In this document: positions 23,893 through 37,222 of the stretch, piece by piece
Numbering within the stretch: position 1 is the stretch's first letter
How the letters are laid out: the number at the start of each line of letters is the position of its first letter
Notes under the pieces: generated by a model
Seen by the model: the letters and a program-made list of their open reading frames with translations, nothing else
Told to the model about the DNA's origin: nothing
Databases searched by the model: none
Program-made: the position numbers and the translations under genes
Assembly: GCA_965221775.1 (NCBI GenBank)
Contig: CBDCSU010000006.1
Span: 2,304,001 to 2,368,000 of the forward strand
Reading direction: 5' to 3'
Length of the DNA stretch: 64,000 bases
Source of the DNA: Candidatus Latescibacterota bacterium
Lineage (GTDB): Bacteria > Latescibacterota > UBA2968 > UBA8231

Positions 23893-24606
23893 ATGAACCC
23901 CATCGCGCGCAACTGGGAGGAGGTCCGGCGGCGTGTCGCCGAGGCCGCCGAGCGTTCGGGGCGGGGGCCGGACGAGGTGCAGGTGGTGGTGGTCACGAAG
24001 GGCCGCAGGGCCGGGGAGGTGGCCGCGGCTCTGGAGGCGGGCGTCACCGATATCGGTGAGAACCGCGTCCAGGAGGCCGGCCCCAAGAAGGAGGCCGTAG
24101 AGGCCCCGGGGCGCTGGCACCTGGTGGGCGGCCTGCAGCGCAACAAGGCGGGCCGGGCCGTCGAGATCTTCGACGTGGTGCAGTCCGTCGACAGCCTCCG
24201 GCTGGCCGAGGCGCTCTCGCGCCGCGCTGCCGCCGCGGGGCGCACCCTCGAGGTGCTGCTGCAGGTCAACACGGCGGGCGCCGAGCACCAGGGCGGCGTC
24301 GACCCCGGCAGTCTCCCCGCCCTGGCGGAGACGGCGGCCGTCCTCGAGGGCCTGCGGCTCCGGGGTCTGATGACGATCGCGGCCCATAGCGGCGAAGAGG
24401 AGCGGGTGCGCGCCTGCTTCCGGCGGCTGCGGGACCTCGGCCGCCGCCTGGCCGGGAGCATGCCGGCGGGTATGACCACCTTGTCCATGGGGATGAGCGG
24501 CGATTACGAGATGGCCATCGAGGAGGGCGCGACCATGATCCGCGTCGGCACCGCCGTCTTCGGCCCCAGGCCGGCGGCGCCGGCAGTCCCCGTCCGGGAA
24601 GGCTGA
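23893..24606 (+). CDS. yggS: PLP homeostasis protein YggS
   Basis: VVVTK, GENRVQE, WHLVGGLQRNK, GLMTI, LSMGMSGDY, RVGTAVFG. Confidence 0.95.
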   Translation: MNPIARNWEEVRRRVAEAAERSGRGPDEVQVVVVTKGRRAGEVAAALEAGVTDIGENRVQEAGPKKEAVEAPGRWHLVGGLQRNKAGRAVEIFDVVQSVDSLRLAEALSRRAAAAGRTLEVLLQVNTAGAEHQGGVDPGSLPALAETAAVLEGLRLRGLMTIAAHSGEEERVRACFRRLRDLGRRLAGSMPAGMTTLSMGMSGDYEMAIEEGATMIRVGTAVFGPRPAAPAVPVREG

Positions 24607-24612
24607 GTCGAC

Positions 24613-24914
24613 GTGTCCGATTCCGAGCTGTCCGTCTTCGACGGCTCCGGCTTCCTTTCCGGGGTGATCGACCTCATCGACGGCCTGCTGATGGTCTACC
24701 TGATCATCGTCGTGGCCCGGGTCGTCATCTCGTGGATCAACCCCGATCCCTACAACCGGCTCGTGCAGATCCTGTGCGGGCTGACCGATCCGGCTCTCGA
24801 CGGCCTGCGCCGCTACATCCCGCGGTTCATGTGGTCCTCCGGGCTGGACTTCACCCCCCTGGTCCTGATCCTGCTGATCCAGGTCGTGCAGCTGTTCCTG
24901 AGGAACCTGCGCCT

Positions 24915-24918
<4 letters not shown>
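24613..24918 (+). CDS. yggT: YggT family membrane protein
   Basis: RVVISWINPDPYN, LTDP, GLDFTPLV. Confidence 0.9.
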
Positions 24919-28094
<3,176 letters not shown>

Positions 28095-28108
28095 GGGAGG
28101 CGGGAGAG

Positions 28109-28486
28109 ATGAATCAGGAAGACCTGGCACACTTCAAGAAGCTGCTGCAGACCAAGCACGAACAGGCCAGTTCCGATCTCGAGGAGTTCGAGCGCGTCTC
28201 CCGGTCGGACGTGGCCCAGGAGTCGTCCGAGGAGAGATCCGCCTACTCGCTGCACATGGCCGACCGCGGCACCGACGCCATGGAGCGCGAGAAGAACCTG
28301 CTCTTCGCCCAGCGCGAGGGCAGCTACCTCGACTACGTTCAGGAGGCCCTGCAGCGGATCGAGGACGGGACCTTCGGCGTCTGCCGCGTATGCGGGGGCG
28401 AGATCGGGCGGGCCCGCCTGGAGGCGGTGCCGACGGCGACCCAGTGCATCCAGTGCAAGAGCGGGACCGACCAGAGGAGAGGGTGA
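28109..28486 (+). CDS. TraR/DksA C4 zinc-finger protein
   Basis: Coiled coil with tip HMADRGTD; ALQRIEDGTFGVCRVC...RLEAVP...CIQC. Confidence 0.92.
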   Translation: MNQEDLAHFKKLLQTKHEQASSDLEEFERVSRSDVAQESSEERSAYSLHMADRGTDAMEREKNLLFAQREGSYLDYVQEALQRIEDGTFGVCRVCGGEIGRARLEAVPTATQCIQCKSGTDQRRG

Positions 28487-29004
28487 GCCCCGCCGGGGGG
28501 CGCGGTGCCGCGGTCCTCTGGATCGTGCCCGCCGCCCTGCTCCTCGACCAGGCGACGAAGCAGATCGCCCTCCAAGCCCTGGCCCTGCAGTCCCCGGTCC
28601 CCGTCCTGGGGGACTTCCTTCGCCTCACCCTGATCCACAACCGCGGCGCCGCCTTCGGCCTCACCATCGGGGGGCCCCTCGTGCACACGGTGGTCGCCGT
28701 GGGCGCCCTGGGGCTGCTGATCTGGATGTACCGCGGTCTCCCGGCGCAGGCCCGGCTCCAGCGCGGCGCGCTGGCCCTGGTCCTCGGCGGCGCCCTCGGG
28801 AACATCGTCGACCGGGTGCGCCTCCACGAGGTCGTCGACTTCATCGACGTGGGGCTCTCCGAGGCCTGGCGGTGGCCGGTCTTCAACGTGGCCGACTCCT
28901 GCGTCACCATCGGCGTCCTGCTCCTGGTCGTCTCCTACTCGCGGCAGAAGAAGCCGGCGCCGGCCGGCGCGGTCACGGCCGACGACCCCGCCCCGGGGGG
29001 TTAG
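28483..29004 (+). CDS. lspA: Lipoprotein signal peptidase II
   Basis: DQATK, NRGAAFG, GGALGNIVDR, VVDFI, FNVADS. Confidence 0.96.
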   Translation: MSPAGGRGAAVLWIVPAALLLDQATKQIALQALALQSPVPVLGDFLRLTLIHNRGAAFGLTIGGPLVHTVVAVGALGLLIWMYRGLPAQARLQRGALALVLGGALGNIVDRVRLHEVVDFIDVGLSEAWRWPVFNVADSCVTIGVLLLVVSYSRQKKPAPAGAVTADDPAPGG

Positions 29005-29008
29005 TCCG

Positions 29009-30010
29009 GTGACCGGGTCGCCCGCCCCGGGGGGCGGCGTCCACGGCTTCCTGATCCAGGAGGAGGACGAGGGCGAGCGTCTCGACCGCTTCCTTCCCCG
29101 CGTTCTGGAGGACCTGTCCCGGAGCCGCGTGCAAGGTCTGGTCGCCGAGGGCGCGGTCCTTGTCAACGACGCCGCGAAGCGGTCCGGGTACCGCCTCCGC
29201 ATCGGGGATCGGGTCACGGTCCAGGTTCCGGACCCGGTGGAGTTGGTGGCTCGCCCCGAAGACCTGCCGCTTGCCGTGGTTCACGAGGACGAGGATCTGC
29301 TGGTGGTGGACAAGCCAGCCGGCATGGCCGTCCACCCGGCGCCCGGCAGTCCCTCGGGGACGCTGGTGAACGCCCTGCTCCACCACTGCCGCGACCTGTC
29401 CGGGATCAACGGCGTGCTGCGGCCGGGCATCGTCCACCGTCTGGACCGCGGCACCACGGGTCTGCTGATGGTGGCCAAGAACGACACCGCCCACCGCGGC
29501 CTGGCGGCGCAGCTGGAGGAGCGCAGCGTCGAGCGGTGCTACACCGCCCTCGTGTGGGGAAGCCCCGCCGAAGAGGGGGTGGTCGACGAGCCGCTGGACC
29601 GCAACCCCGCCGACCGCAAGCGCATGGCCGTGGTCGAGGGCGGCCGGCGGGCGGTGACCCGCTTCCGGCGGCTGCGGGCGCTTGGCTTTCTCAGCCTGCT
29701 GGAGCTGCGTCTGGAGACCGGCCGCACGCACCAGATCCGGGTGCACATGCAGCACCTGGGGCACCCGGTCTTCGGCGATCCCGTGTACGGCGGCCGCACG
29801 CGGGTGCGCGGCATCGAGCCCCGGCTCCGGGAGGCGGCGCGGCGACTGCTGGAGGGTCTCGACCGCCAGGCGCTGCACGCGGCCTCGCTGGGGTTCACGC
29901 ACCCTCGCTCGGGGGAGGCGCTGAGGTTCGAGAGCCCCCTGCCGGAGGACATGGAGCGGACCTTGCAGGGGGCCACGGAACCTCTCACCGGCGCAGCAGG
30001 CCCGGCATGA
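29009..30010 (+). CDS. rluD: RluD-type 23S rRNA pseudouridine synthase
   Basis: S4 domain (RLDRFL...SRSRVQ), KPAGMAVHP, GIVHRLDRGTTG, TGRTHQIRVH, QALHA. Confidence 0.93.
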   Translation: MTGSPAPGGGVHGFLIQEEDEGERLDRFLPRVLEDLSRSRVQGLVAEGAVLVNDAAKRSGYRLRIGDRVTVQVPDPVELVARPEDLPLAVVHEDEDLLVVDKPAGMAVHPAPGSPSGTLVNALLHHCRDLSGINGVLRPGIVHRLDRGTTGLLMVAKNDTAHRGLAAQLEERSVERCYTALVWGSPAEEGVVDEPLDRNPADRKRMAVVEGGRRAVTRFRRLRALGFLSLLELRLETGRTHQIRVHMQHLGHPVFGDPVYGGRTRVRGIEPRLREAARRLLEGLDRQALHAASLGFTHPRSGEALRFESPLPEDMERTLQGATEPLTGAAGPA

Positions 30011-30044
30011 CCCCGTGCCTGCCCTCGGAGGCAGGTCCTCACTT

Positions 30045-31958
30045 CTACTCCATCAGGCCGTATTTCCTCAGCTTCCGGTACAGCGTCGTGCGGTTTATTT
30101 CCAGCACCTGGGCGGTCCTGGAGATGTTCCGGTCCGAGGCCTCGTAAGCCCGGACCAGGGCCTGCCGCTCGGCCTCCTGGAGGGAGAGAAAGGCTTGGAC
30201 CGGCTCTCCGGGAGCGGCCGGAGGTGGGGCTGCGGCCGCCAGCTGCGGGGGGAAGCTGGCGAGCTGCAGCCGGTCCGAGGTCTCGAGCAGGACGGCGCGC
30301 TCGATGGCGTTGCGGAGCTCGCGCACGTTGCCCGGCCAGTCGTGGGCGAGCAATCCCTGGAGGGCGGCGGGGGAGAACCCGCGCAGGCTCTTGTTGGCCC
30401 TCCCGGCGTGCTCCCGCAGGAAGTGGGCCGCCAGCATGGGGATGTCCTCGCGGTGGTCCCGCAGGGGGGGGAGGGAGAGGGGGAAGGCGGCCAAGCGGTA
30501 GTAGAGGTCGGCGCGGAAGGCGCCCTCGCCGGTGGCGGCCTCCAGATCCCTGTTGGTGGCGGCGATGACGCGGATGTCGATGGGGATGGGGTCGGCTCCG
30601 CCGATACGGCGGATCTCGCGCTCCTCCAGGACACGCAGAAGGTTGGCCTGCAGGGGGAGGGGCATGTCGCCGATCTCGTCGAGGAGGAGGGTTCCGCCCT
30701 GGGCCCGCTCGAACTGCCCGATGCGCCGCGCCGAGGCTCCCGTGAAGGCGCCGCGCTCGTGCCCGAAGAGCTCGCTCTCGATGAGGGTTTCGGGAATGGC
30801 GGCGCAGTTGACGGCCACGAAGGGTCCCGCCTCTCTCGGTCCGTTGAGGTGGATCAACCGGGCCACGAGCTCCTTGCCGGTGCCGCTCTCGCCTTCGATG
30901 AGGACCGTGATGTCGCTCTCGGCCGCCCGCTGCATCAGGGCATAGACCTCCTGCATGCCCTTGCTCTTGCCGACGATGCCGTCGAATCCGCAGGTCGTCT
31001 CGAGCTCGCTGCGCAGGCGCAGGACCTCGGCCTTCATCTGCTCGCTCTCCACCTCCTTGGAGACGTCGCGGTACACGGTGATGTGGCCCATGAGGTCCTG
31101 CTGTTGGTCACGGACGGGGGCCGTGGACCGGTGGAACAGACGCGGGTTGTCACCACCGGTGTCGGTGACCACTTCCGCCAGGTCGGCGGCGCCTTCGAGG
31201 AACAGGCTGCGTCCCGCTTCGGGCAGGACGGGCGGCCGCAGGCGGGCTTCGATGCGGGCTGCCAGATCTTCGGGTGACATCTGCCTCAACTCGTCCTCGG
31301 TGGCGTCGAGCAGCTCTTCGTACCCCTGGTTCGCCAGCCGCAGGCGTCCGTCGCCGCCGAACATGCCGATGGCGTCTCCCGTGGCGTCGAGGACGGCGCG
31401 GAGCCTGTCGTTGCTCGCTTCGAGTCTGCGGTTTCCGGCTTCCAGCTCCCGCTGGTGGCTCTCGAGCTCCTGCTCGATGTTCCACTTGCCCACGAGGGAC
31501 AGGGTGATCTGCTGGACCTCCTCCCGGGAGAAGGGTTTGCGGATGTAGAGCAGCTTGTGGACCCGTTCCATGCCGCCGAGGATCTCCGGCAGCGACTTGT
31601 CGGAATAGGCGGTCATGATGACGATCTCGATGTGCTTCTCGAATTCCCTGATGCGGCGGACGGTCTCGATGCCGTCGGCTCCGGGAGGCATCCGGATGTC
31701 GATGAAGGCCACGGCAAAGGGATGGCCCGAGTCCCGGGCTGTCTTGATCAACCGGCAGGCCTGGCCCCCGCTCTCGGCATGGGAGAGTTCGAACCGCGGC
31801 AGGACGGCTTTCCCGCTCTCCGGGACGAAGGCGCCGGCCAGGGCATCCGTCGCCCGCGCCGGTGTGCCGGGCGCGAGCATCTCCTCGAAGTCCTCGTGGA
31901 TCGCCTCCTGGTCATCCACGATCAGGACGCGGAGGTTCCAGGCATCATCCACTGTCAT
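30045..31958 (-). CDS. sigma54-dependent response regulator (REC-coiled coil-PAS-AAA+-Fis HTH)
   Basis: IVDD...FIDIRMPPG; [36 protein letters not shown]. Confidence 0.93.
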   Translation of the reverse strand: MTVDDAWNLRVLIVDDQEAIHEDFEEMLAPGTPARATDALAGAFVPESGKAVLPRFELSHAESGGQACRLIKTARDSGHPFAVAFIDIRMPPGADGIETVRRIREFEKHIEIVIMTAYSDKSLPEILGGMERVHKLLYIRKPFSREEVQQITLSLVGKWNIEQELESHQRELEAGNRRLEASNDRLRAVLDATGDAIGMFGGDGRLRLANQGYEELLDATEDELRQMSPEDLAARIEARLRPPVLPEAGRSLFLEGAADLAEVVTDTGGDNPRLFHRSTAPVRDQQQDLMGHITVYRDVSKEVESEQMKAEVLRLRSELETTCGFDGIVGKSKGMQEVYALMQRAAESDITVLIEGESGTGKELVARLIHLNGPREAGPFVAVNCAAIPETLIESELFGHERGAFTGASARRIGQFERAQGGTLLLDEIGDMPLPLQANLLRVLEEREIRRIGGADPIPIDIRVIAATNRDLEAATGEGAFRADLYYRLAAFPLSLPPLRDHREDIPMLAAHFLREHAGRANKSLRGFSPAALQGLLAHDWPGNVRELRNAIERAVLLETSDRLQLASFPPQLAAAAPPPAAPGEPVQAFLSLQEAERQALVRAYEASDRNISRTAQVLEINRTTLYRKLRKYGLME

Positions 31959-32014
31959 CTCGCCTGCCTTGGATCGAGTGAGAGTGAGAGATTCGGAGGG
32001 GGACCTGCTTCGGA

Positions 32015-33280
32015 TCAGCCGGAGACGAGGGGCAGCGTGACGCTCATGGTGGTGCCTGCGCCATGGCCGCCGCTCGAGGGTTGGATCTTCCCTCCCGAAC
32101 CCGTCACGAAGTTGGCTGCCGAGTGCAGGCCGAGTCCCGTCCCTTCCCGCTTGGTCGTGTACCCGGGCCTGAAGATCGCCTCGAGGTCTTCCGCCGCGAT
32201 GCCGATGCCGTTGTCCTCCACCTCGAGGGCCAGGAAATCCCCCCGGACTCGGGCCCTGATCTCGATGCGGGGCGGGCCTTCGAGCCCGCCGGACTGCTCC
32301 AACTCGTCGATCGCTTCCATCGCATTCTTCAGCAGGTTGACCAGCATCTGGTTGAACGGGGTCTCCTGAATGCGGATCTCCTCGGGGGCGTCGCCGCAGT
32401 CCACGTGCGTGCGAATGCCCCTGCTGGAAAGGGACTCCTGCAGGATCGCCAATGCGCCGGAGATGGCCTGCCGCAGATTGAGGTCCTTGCGCGTCATGGC
32501 GTCGCTGTCGAAGCCCCGCTGAGCCCGGACGATGTCGACGATGTGGCTCGTCTGGCTGTCGACCCGTTCCACCGACTGCATCAACTGGCGGTTCTGCGCG
32601 GCGAAGTCCTCGGCCACAGCCACCAGGAAGGGCCGGACCTGCCGGCCTTGCGGGTCCTGCCGGACGTAGTCGGCCCAGTCCTCCGAGTGCGCCTCGGCGG
32701 CAGCGGACAAGGCCGAGAGGCGCTCGATGAGCGGATCGTTGCGCAACTGTTCCTGCAGGGTCCCGATACCGATGGCGGCGCTGGTGACGGCGTTCCCGAT
32801 GTTGTGGAGGATGGTGTCCATGACCTCCAGGCGCCCCTGGGCGAAGGCCTGGGCGCGGGCCTCTTCGGCCTGCACTCTCTCGGTGACGTCGCGGAAGACG
32901 GTGACCCCGCCCCGTGTGCCGCCGGGCAGGGTGATGGGCCGGCCGCTGGAGCTGATGTGGACCCCCTGCGGCTTGGCGGCGGTGCGGATGAACATCTCCG
33001 CCTCGTCCGTCGCCTCGCCGCGCAGGGCGCGCACGAGGGGCAGTTCCTCCGTCGGGAAGGGGGTCACCTTGTCGGAGCGGAAGATGCTGTACTCCTCCGT
33101 CCAGCGGTCGGGAACCGCTTCCAGGCTCGTGCCGATGATGCGTCGGGCACTCGGATTGAAGGTGAGGCCGCCGTTCTCGTCAGCGACGATGACGCCGTCG
33201 CTGATGCTGTCGAAGATGGCTCTCATCACCTCGATCTCATGCTGCAGCTCGTCGATGGTCTTGCTCACCTTGATCTCCAT
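32015..33280 (-). CDS. Cytoplasmic PAS-domain histidine kinase
   Basis: PAS ([12 protein letters not shown]), H-box ILHNIGN, N-box NLLKNA, DNGIG, F-box, GTGLGL; no TM segment. Confidence 0.9.
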   Translation of the reverse strand: MEIKVSKTIDELQHEIEVMRAIFDSISDGVIVADENGGLTFNPSARRIIGTSLEAVPDRWTEEYSIFRSDKVTPFPTEELPLVRALRGEATDEAEMFIRTAAKPQGVHISSSGRPITLPGGTRGGVTVFRDVTERVQAEEARAQAFAQGRLEVMDTILHNIGNAVTSAAIGIGTLQEQLRNDPLIERLSALSAAAEAHSEDWADYVRQDPQGRQVRPFLVAVAEDFAAQNRQLMQSVERVDSQTSHIVDIVRAQRGFDSDAMTRKDLNLRQAISGALAILQESLSSRGIRTHVDCGDAPEEIRIQETPFNQMLVNLLKNAMEAIDELEQSGGLEGPPRIEIRARVRGDFLALEVEDNGIGIAAEDLEAIFRPGYTTKREGTGLGLHSAANFVTGSGGKIQPSSGGHGAGTTMSVTLPLVSG

Positions 33281-33383
33281 TGAGCTGGAGGCCTGCCTTC
33301 GACGGTGAAGGATGAGACGGGTCGGGCGGCGCCGTCAGATGGCTGCACCAGGGCCGCCGGCGGGACAGGCGAGGACGGAAGAC

Positions 33384-34022
33384 TCAGCGGCTGAAGCTGG
33401 CCTTCAAGGCGCCCCAGGCGGTCCGGGCGACGGCGGTCATGGCACCGTCGAGGCGGTCGAACTCCCACTCGCCATCGGCCTCCGCCGTCAGGGTGAGGAG
33501 GTGGTTGTCCACGGACCAGGTGCGGGTCCCGCCTTCCTCGCCGAAGACGGCGAGGAACTCGACCTCCTCGAGGACGACGAAGAACTCGGCCACGTAGGCC
33601 TCCTCGAAGGCCGGGTAGTTGTCGTCGGGGACTCCGTGGGTATCGGCCGCCTGGCGGGCCAGAGCACGGGCGAGGCGGGTGAAGAACCCGGCGAGGTCCT
33701 CGCCGTCGACGCGCAGGTCCAGGCCGGCGATCTCCACCGAGAGGCGGTCCCCCTCTACGCCGTAGGTGCCGCTGCCGCTTGCGGTGATCTGCCCGATGGC
33801 CGGCGCCTCGGCGAGATCGACGCCGGCCAGGAAGCCGTCCTTCACCTCGATGACCTGGTCGATCTCGAAGCTGCCGTCGTCGCCGAAGACCAGCCGGGTG
33901 GTGACCTCGCCGACGCGGTCGTCGACGAAGGCGCCCTCCCAGGTGCCGTGGAGGTCCTCCTCGGCCGACAGGGGAGGCAGGAGCAGGAAGAGGGGGAGGA
34001 GAGAGGCCAGCAGCCGGCGCAT
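33384..34022 (-). CDS. Secreted acidic hypothetical protein with C-terminal WGxLKASF motif
   Basis: ATG 34022 after GAAGGAG; signal peptide MRRLLASLLPLFLLLPPLSA; LHGTW start is lipocalin-like; ends TAVARTAWGALKASFSR. Confidence 0.82.
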   Translation of the reverse strand: MRRLLASLLPLFLLLPPLSAEEDLHGTWEGAFVDDRVGEVTTRLVFGDDGSFEIDQVIEVKDGFLAGVDLAEAPAIGQITASGSGTYGVEGDRLSVEIAGLDLRVDGEDLAGFFTRLARALARQAADTHGVPDDNYPAFEEAYVAEFFVVLEEVEFLAVFGEEGGTRTWSVDNHLLTLTAEADGEWEFDRLDGAMTAVARTAWGALKASFSR

Positions 34023-34039
34023 GCAGTCTCCTTCGAAGG

Positions 34040-35032
34040 TCACGCGTACAGGTGGGCGACGTACTCTTCGTAGCCGTTGTAGAGCAGGGTGTCGCGCCGC
34101 TCGAAGCTCGACAGGCTCGTGGAGATGAAGCGCTCGCTGGCCTGCGACCACCGGGGGTGGGGGACCTCGGGCTCGACGTTGGAGAGGAAGCCGTACTCGT
34201 GGGGGGCCTCGGTGTTCCAGAACGTGGCCGGCTGCTCCTCGATGAACTCGATCCGGACGATCGACTTGAGGCCCTTGAAGCCGTACTTCCAGGGGGTCAC
34301 CAGGCGCAACGGCGGGCCGTGCTGCTTGGGCAGGGCGTGGCCGTAGATGCCCGTCACCAGCAGGGTCAGCTCATTGGTCGCCTCGGCCATGCTCAGGCCC
34401 TCCACGTAGGGCCAGGGGAAGTCGGGCCGGTCCCACTGCCCCGGCGCGACCGAGGGATTGAAGAAGGAGGTCATGCGCACGAAGCGGGCCGAAGACAGAG
34501 GCTCCACCAGGTCGATGAGGGCCTTCATGGGAAAGCCGGTCCAGGGGATGGCCATGGACCACGCCTCGACGCAGCGGTGGCGGTAGAGCCGTTCCTCCAG
34601 GTCCATGCGGCCCACGAGGTCGTCGATGTCCCAGGTCCTGGGCTCGTTCACCAGGCCGGCGATCTCCACCGTCCACGGGGAGGGCTCGAACTTGTCGACG
34701 TACTTCCAGACCTCCTTGCTGGTGGAGAACTCGTAGAAGTTGTTGTAGAGGCCGGCGATCTCCTCGTCGGTGAGGGGCCGGTCGAGGGTGGAGAAGTCCG
34801 GGTTCACCGGCGCCGGGTACCACTGGTCCGGGGGGATCGGCTCGCGGTCCTCGAGGCCGAGGAAGGGCCTGGGATCGACGAGGTCCTTCGGCTGCAGGAG
34901 CCGGTCGGGGATGCAGCCCGAGATCAGGCCGATGGTGCCCAGGCCGGCGCCGCGGAGGAACTTGCGGCGGTTCAGATAGGCGGCCTCGTCGGTGGCCTCC
35001 CGCTCGGGGATCTCCCATTTCCTGCGCGGCAT
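34040..35032 (-). CDS. msrP: Periplasmic protein-methionine-sulfoxide reductase catalytic subunit MsrP (YedY)
   Basis: Tat motif NRRKFL, YNNFYEF, HRCVEAWSM (Mo-ligand Cys), PWKYGFK, VPHPRWSQASER. Confidence 0.95.
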   Translation of the reverse strand: MPRRKWEIPEREATDEAAYLNRRKFLRGAGLGTIGLISGCIPDRLLQPKDLVDPRPFLGLEDREPIPPDQWYPAPVNPDFSTLDRPLTDEEIAGLYNNFYEFSTSKEVWKYVDKFEPSPWTVEIAGLVNEPRTWDIDDLVGRMDLEERLYRHRCVEAWSMAIPWTGFPMKALIDLVEPLSSARFVRMTSFFNPSVAPGQWDRPDFPWPYVEGLSMAEATNELTLLVTGIYGHALPKQHGPPLRLVTPWKYGFKGLKSIVRIEFIEEQPATFWNTEAPHEYGFLSNVEPEVPHPRWSQASERFISTSLSSFERRDTLLYNGYEEYVAHLYA

Positions 35033-35092
35033 TGGCGGCCTCCTTTCCCAGAATGGCAGAGAGAATATACGAGCCTGCCCGCTTCGCGGCGC

Positions 35093-36007
35093 CTATCCCT
35101 TGAAGGCCAGCCCCAGGGCATAGGTCGTGCCCGCCGCGGTGTTGCACCCGGAGACGATGTGGAAGAGATCGGCGCTGATCTCCACCCGGTCGTTGAAGGA
35201 CCAGATCAGCCCCGGCGAGAACTTGAGGTTGTTCTGGTCGCCCACGAGCCCGCCGGTCGCGCCGGTGGCCCCGCAGTCGCCCAGGGTCTGGATCCCCTCG
35301 ATCACACCCTTGACCAGCAGACGGTCGAAGGAGTAGCCGGCCTCCAGGCCGTGGAACAGTTCGTTGCCGTACTCCCCGCCGCGAAGGCGGTAGCCGAGGG
35401 TGCCGGTCACGTACCCCGGCACCGGGTAGAGGGACGTGCCCACCAGCAGGCGCACCTCGGCGTCGGTCTCGCCCGTGCCCAGGGGGACGTAGCTCTCCGG
35501 GATCTCCGTGGGCACGTCGTAGCCGAGGGGGATCTTGCCGCCGGCGGCCAGGGAGACGACGGCCGGATCGGCCATCAGCCGCCAGCGCAGGCGCAGCTCC
35601 AGGTCGGCAAGACCGGAGCTGGACTGGTCCGGATGCTGGCGCACGATGGTGCTGTCGAGGGCCTCGAAGTACCTCGCCTCCGTCGGATTGGTGAACTCCA
35701 GGCTCTTGTACGGCAGGGAGGCCACCATGGTCAGGCGATCCAGCAGGCCGTACTCCAGGTAGGCGGAATAGCCCCGGTCGCTCAGCTCCTCCTGGGGGTC
35801 CTGGGCCCGGTCCCGGCGCTCACCGTCGAGGTCCAGGTAGGCTCGAGAGCTGAAGGAGAGCCCGGCCAGCTTGGAGTAGAAGCCGCCCTGGGGCTGGGTC
35901 CAGGCGCCGGCGTGCAGTTGGGCCGGGGCCGCCGCCAGCAGGAGGGCGGTCAGCGGGATCCACGGCCGGAGGGGGTGAAGGGTCCTGGGTCGGTCGAGGC
36001 TGTTCAT
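35093..36007 (-). CDS. Outer-membrane beta-barrel protein
   Basis: Signal peptide ending LHA-GAW; AYLEYGLLDRLT, GLADLEL, PLGTGE; alternating beta pattern ending YALGLAFKG. Confidence 0.72.
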   Translation of the reverse strand: MNSLDRPRTLHPLRPWIPLTALLLAAAPAQLHAGAWTQPQGGFYSKLAGLSFSSRAYLDLDGERRDRAQDPQEELSDRGYSAYLEYGLLDRLTMVASLPYKSLEFTNPTEARYFEALDSTIVRQHPDQSSSGLADLELRLRWRLMADPAVVSLAAGGKIPLGYDVPTEIPESYVPLGTGETDAEVRLLVGTSLYPVPGYVTGTLGYRLRGGEYGNELFHGLEAGYSFDRLLVKGVIEGIQTLGDCGATGATGGLVGDQNNLKFSPGLIWSFNDRVEISADLFHIVSGCNTAAGTTYALGLAFKG

Positions 36008-36075
36008 AGGTGTCTCTCTGATGTTGGCAAATGGGTCAGACGTCTGGTCTCCAAGGATTGTCCATCTGGGCGAGG

Positions 36076-37095
36076 TCACAACTCCACCCCCCGCTCCCCG
36101 GCATCGGCCGCTGCCTGCACACGCAGGGCCGTCTCGGACGAAGCGAGGACCTGCCCCGTTGTCAGCTCCCCCTCCTCGCGGGGCTCGCCGCGGATCCCCT
36201 TGAGAAAGGCGTCCAGGTATCCGCCGCTGTTGCCGGGGGGCAGGGGACGCCGCTCGACCTTGCGGCCCTTCGCCGGCGCCAGCTCCAGGTGGTCGTCGTT
36301 GGTGGCGGTCTCGAGGACGCCTTCGCGCCCCCAGAAGGTCGTTCTCCAATAGTAAGGCAGGGCGTACCCCGGGCCATCGGGCGCGAAGTAGGAGACATCG
36401 CCCACGACACCGCAGCCGTTGTCCATGGTGAGCAGCATCTGGGCGCCGTCGTGGAAATGGGGGGTCTCGGGGGCGAAGGCGTTCCAGCAGCGCGCCGCCT
36501 CCAGCCGCGTGAAGCGCAGGCCGGTGATGAAGGGGAGCCCGTCGATGGCGTGGATGCCGATGTCGTTGATCGTGCCGCCGTGCTGCCCGGGCTCGAAGTA
36601 CCAGGCCGGACGGGAGCCGAGCATGAGGGGGTGCTGGCCGCCGAACTGGACGGCGTGGATCTCGCCGATGACTCCCTCCCGGATGAGGCCGCGCACCGCG
36701 CGCGGGCCGGCGGCATCCCTCATGGTGAGCATGCACCCCACTTCCAGGCCGCCGGCGGAGGCGAGGGCGCCGATCCGCTCCACCTCCCCCAGGCGGGTGC
36801 ACAGGGGCTTGTCGGCGATCACGTGGAGTCCCCGCTCCAGGGCGGCGATGAGGCGGACGCCGCGCAGGGCGTACACGTCGCCAACGGCCACGGCGTCGCA
36901 CTCGACCTCGTCGAGCAGGCGGTCCACCTCGCGGTGAGTGATCTCGATGCTCGATCCGGCCAGCTCGCGGCGGGTCTCCCCGTCCTCCTCGCAGGCTCCT
37001 ACGACGCGGACCCCCGGCGTGGCGAGGGCGCGCTCGTGGAGGCTGTGGATGTGGGCGTGGCGGAACCCGATGAAGGCGATGCGCACGTCGTCCAA
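36076..37095 (-). CDS. Gfo/Idh/MocA oxidoreductase (start approximate, TTG 37095)
   Basis: IAFIG, HVIADKP, GGTINDIGIHAID. Confidence 0.88.
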   Translation of the reverse strand: MDDVRIAFIGFRHAHIHSLHERALATPGVRVVGACEEDGETRRELAGSSIEITHREVDRLLDEVECDAVAVGDVYALRGVRLIAALERGLHVIADKPLCTRLGEVERIGALASAGGLEVGCMLTMRDAAGPRAVRGLIREGVIGEIHAVQFGGQHPLMLGSRPAWYFEPGQHGGTINDIGIHAIDGLPFITGLRFTRLEAARCWNAFAPETPHFHDGAQMLLTMDNGCGVVGDVSYFAPDGPGYALPYYWRTTFWGREGVLETATNDDHLELAPAKGRKVERRPLPPGNSGGYLDAFLKGIRGEPREEGELTTGQVLASSETALRVQAAADAGERGVEL

Positions 37096-37222
37096 GGTGG
37101 TCTCCAGAGAAGGGGATTGCAGATGAACCAAAGGCCGCGGCGCCTGCGGTCAAGCGGCGCTGGCGGGTTCCGGTCGCCCCCGGTTACCTTGAACCGGGGG
37201 CCGAATCACGGGGGGAAATGGC

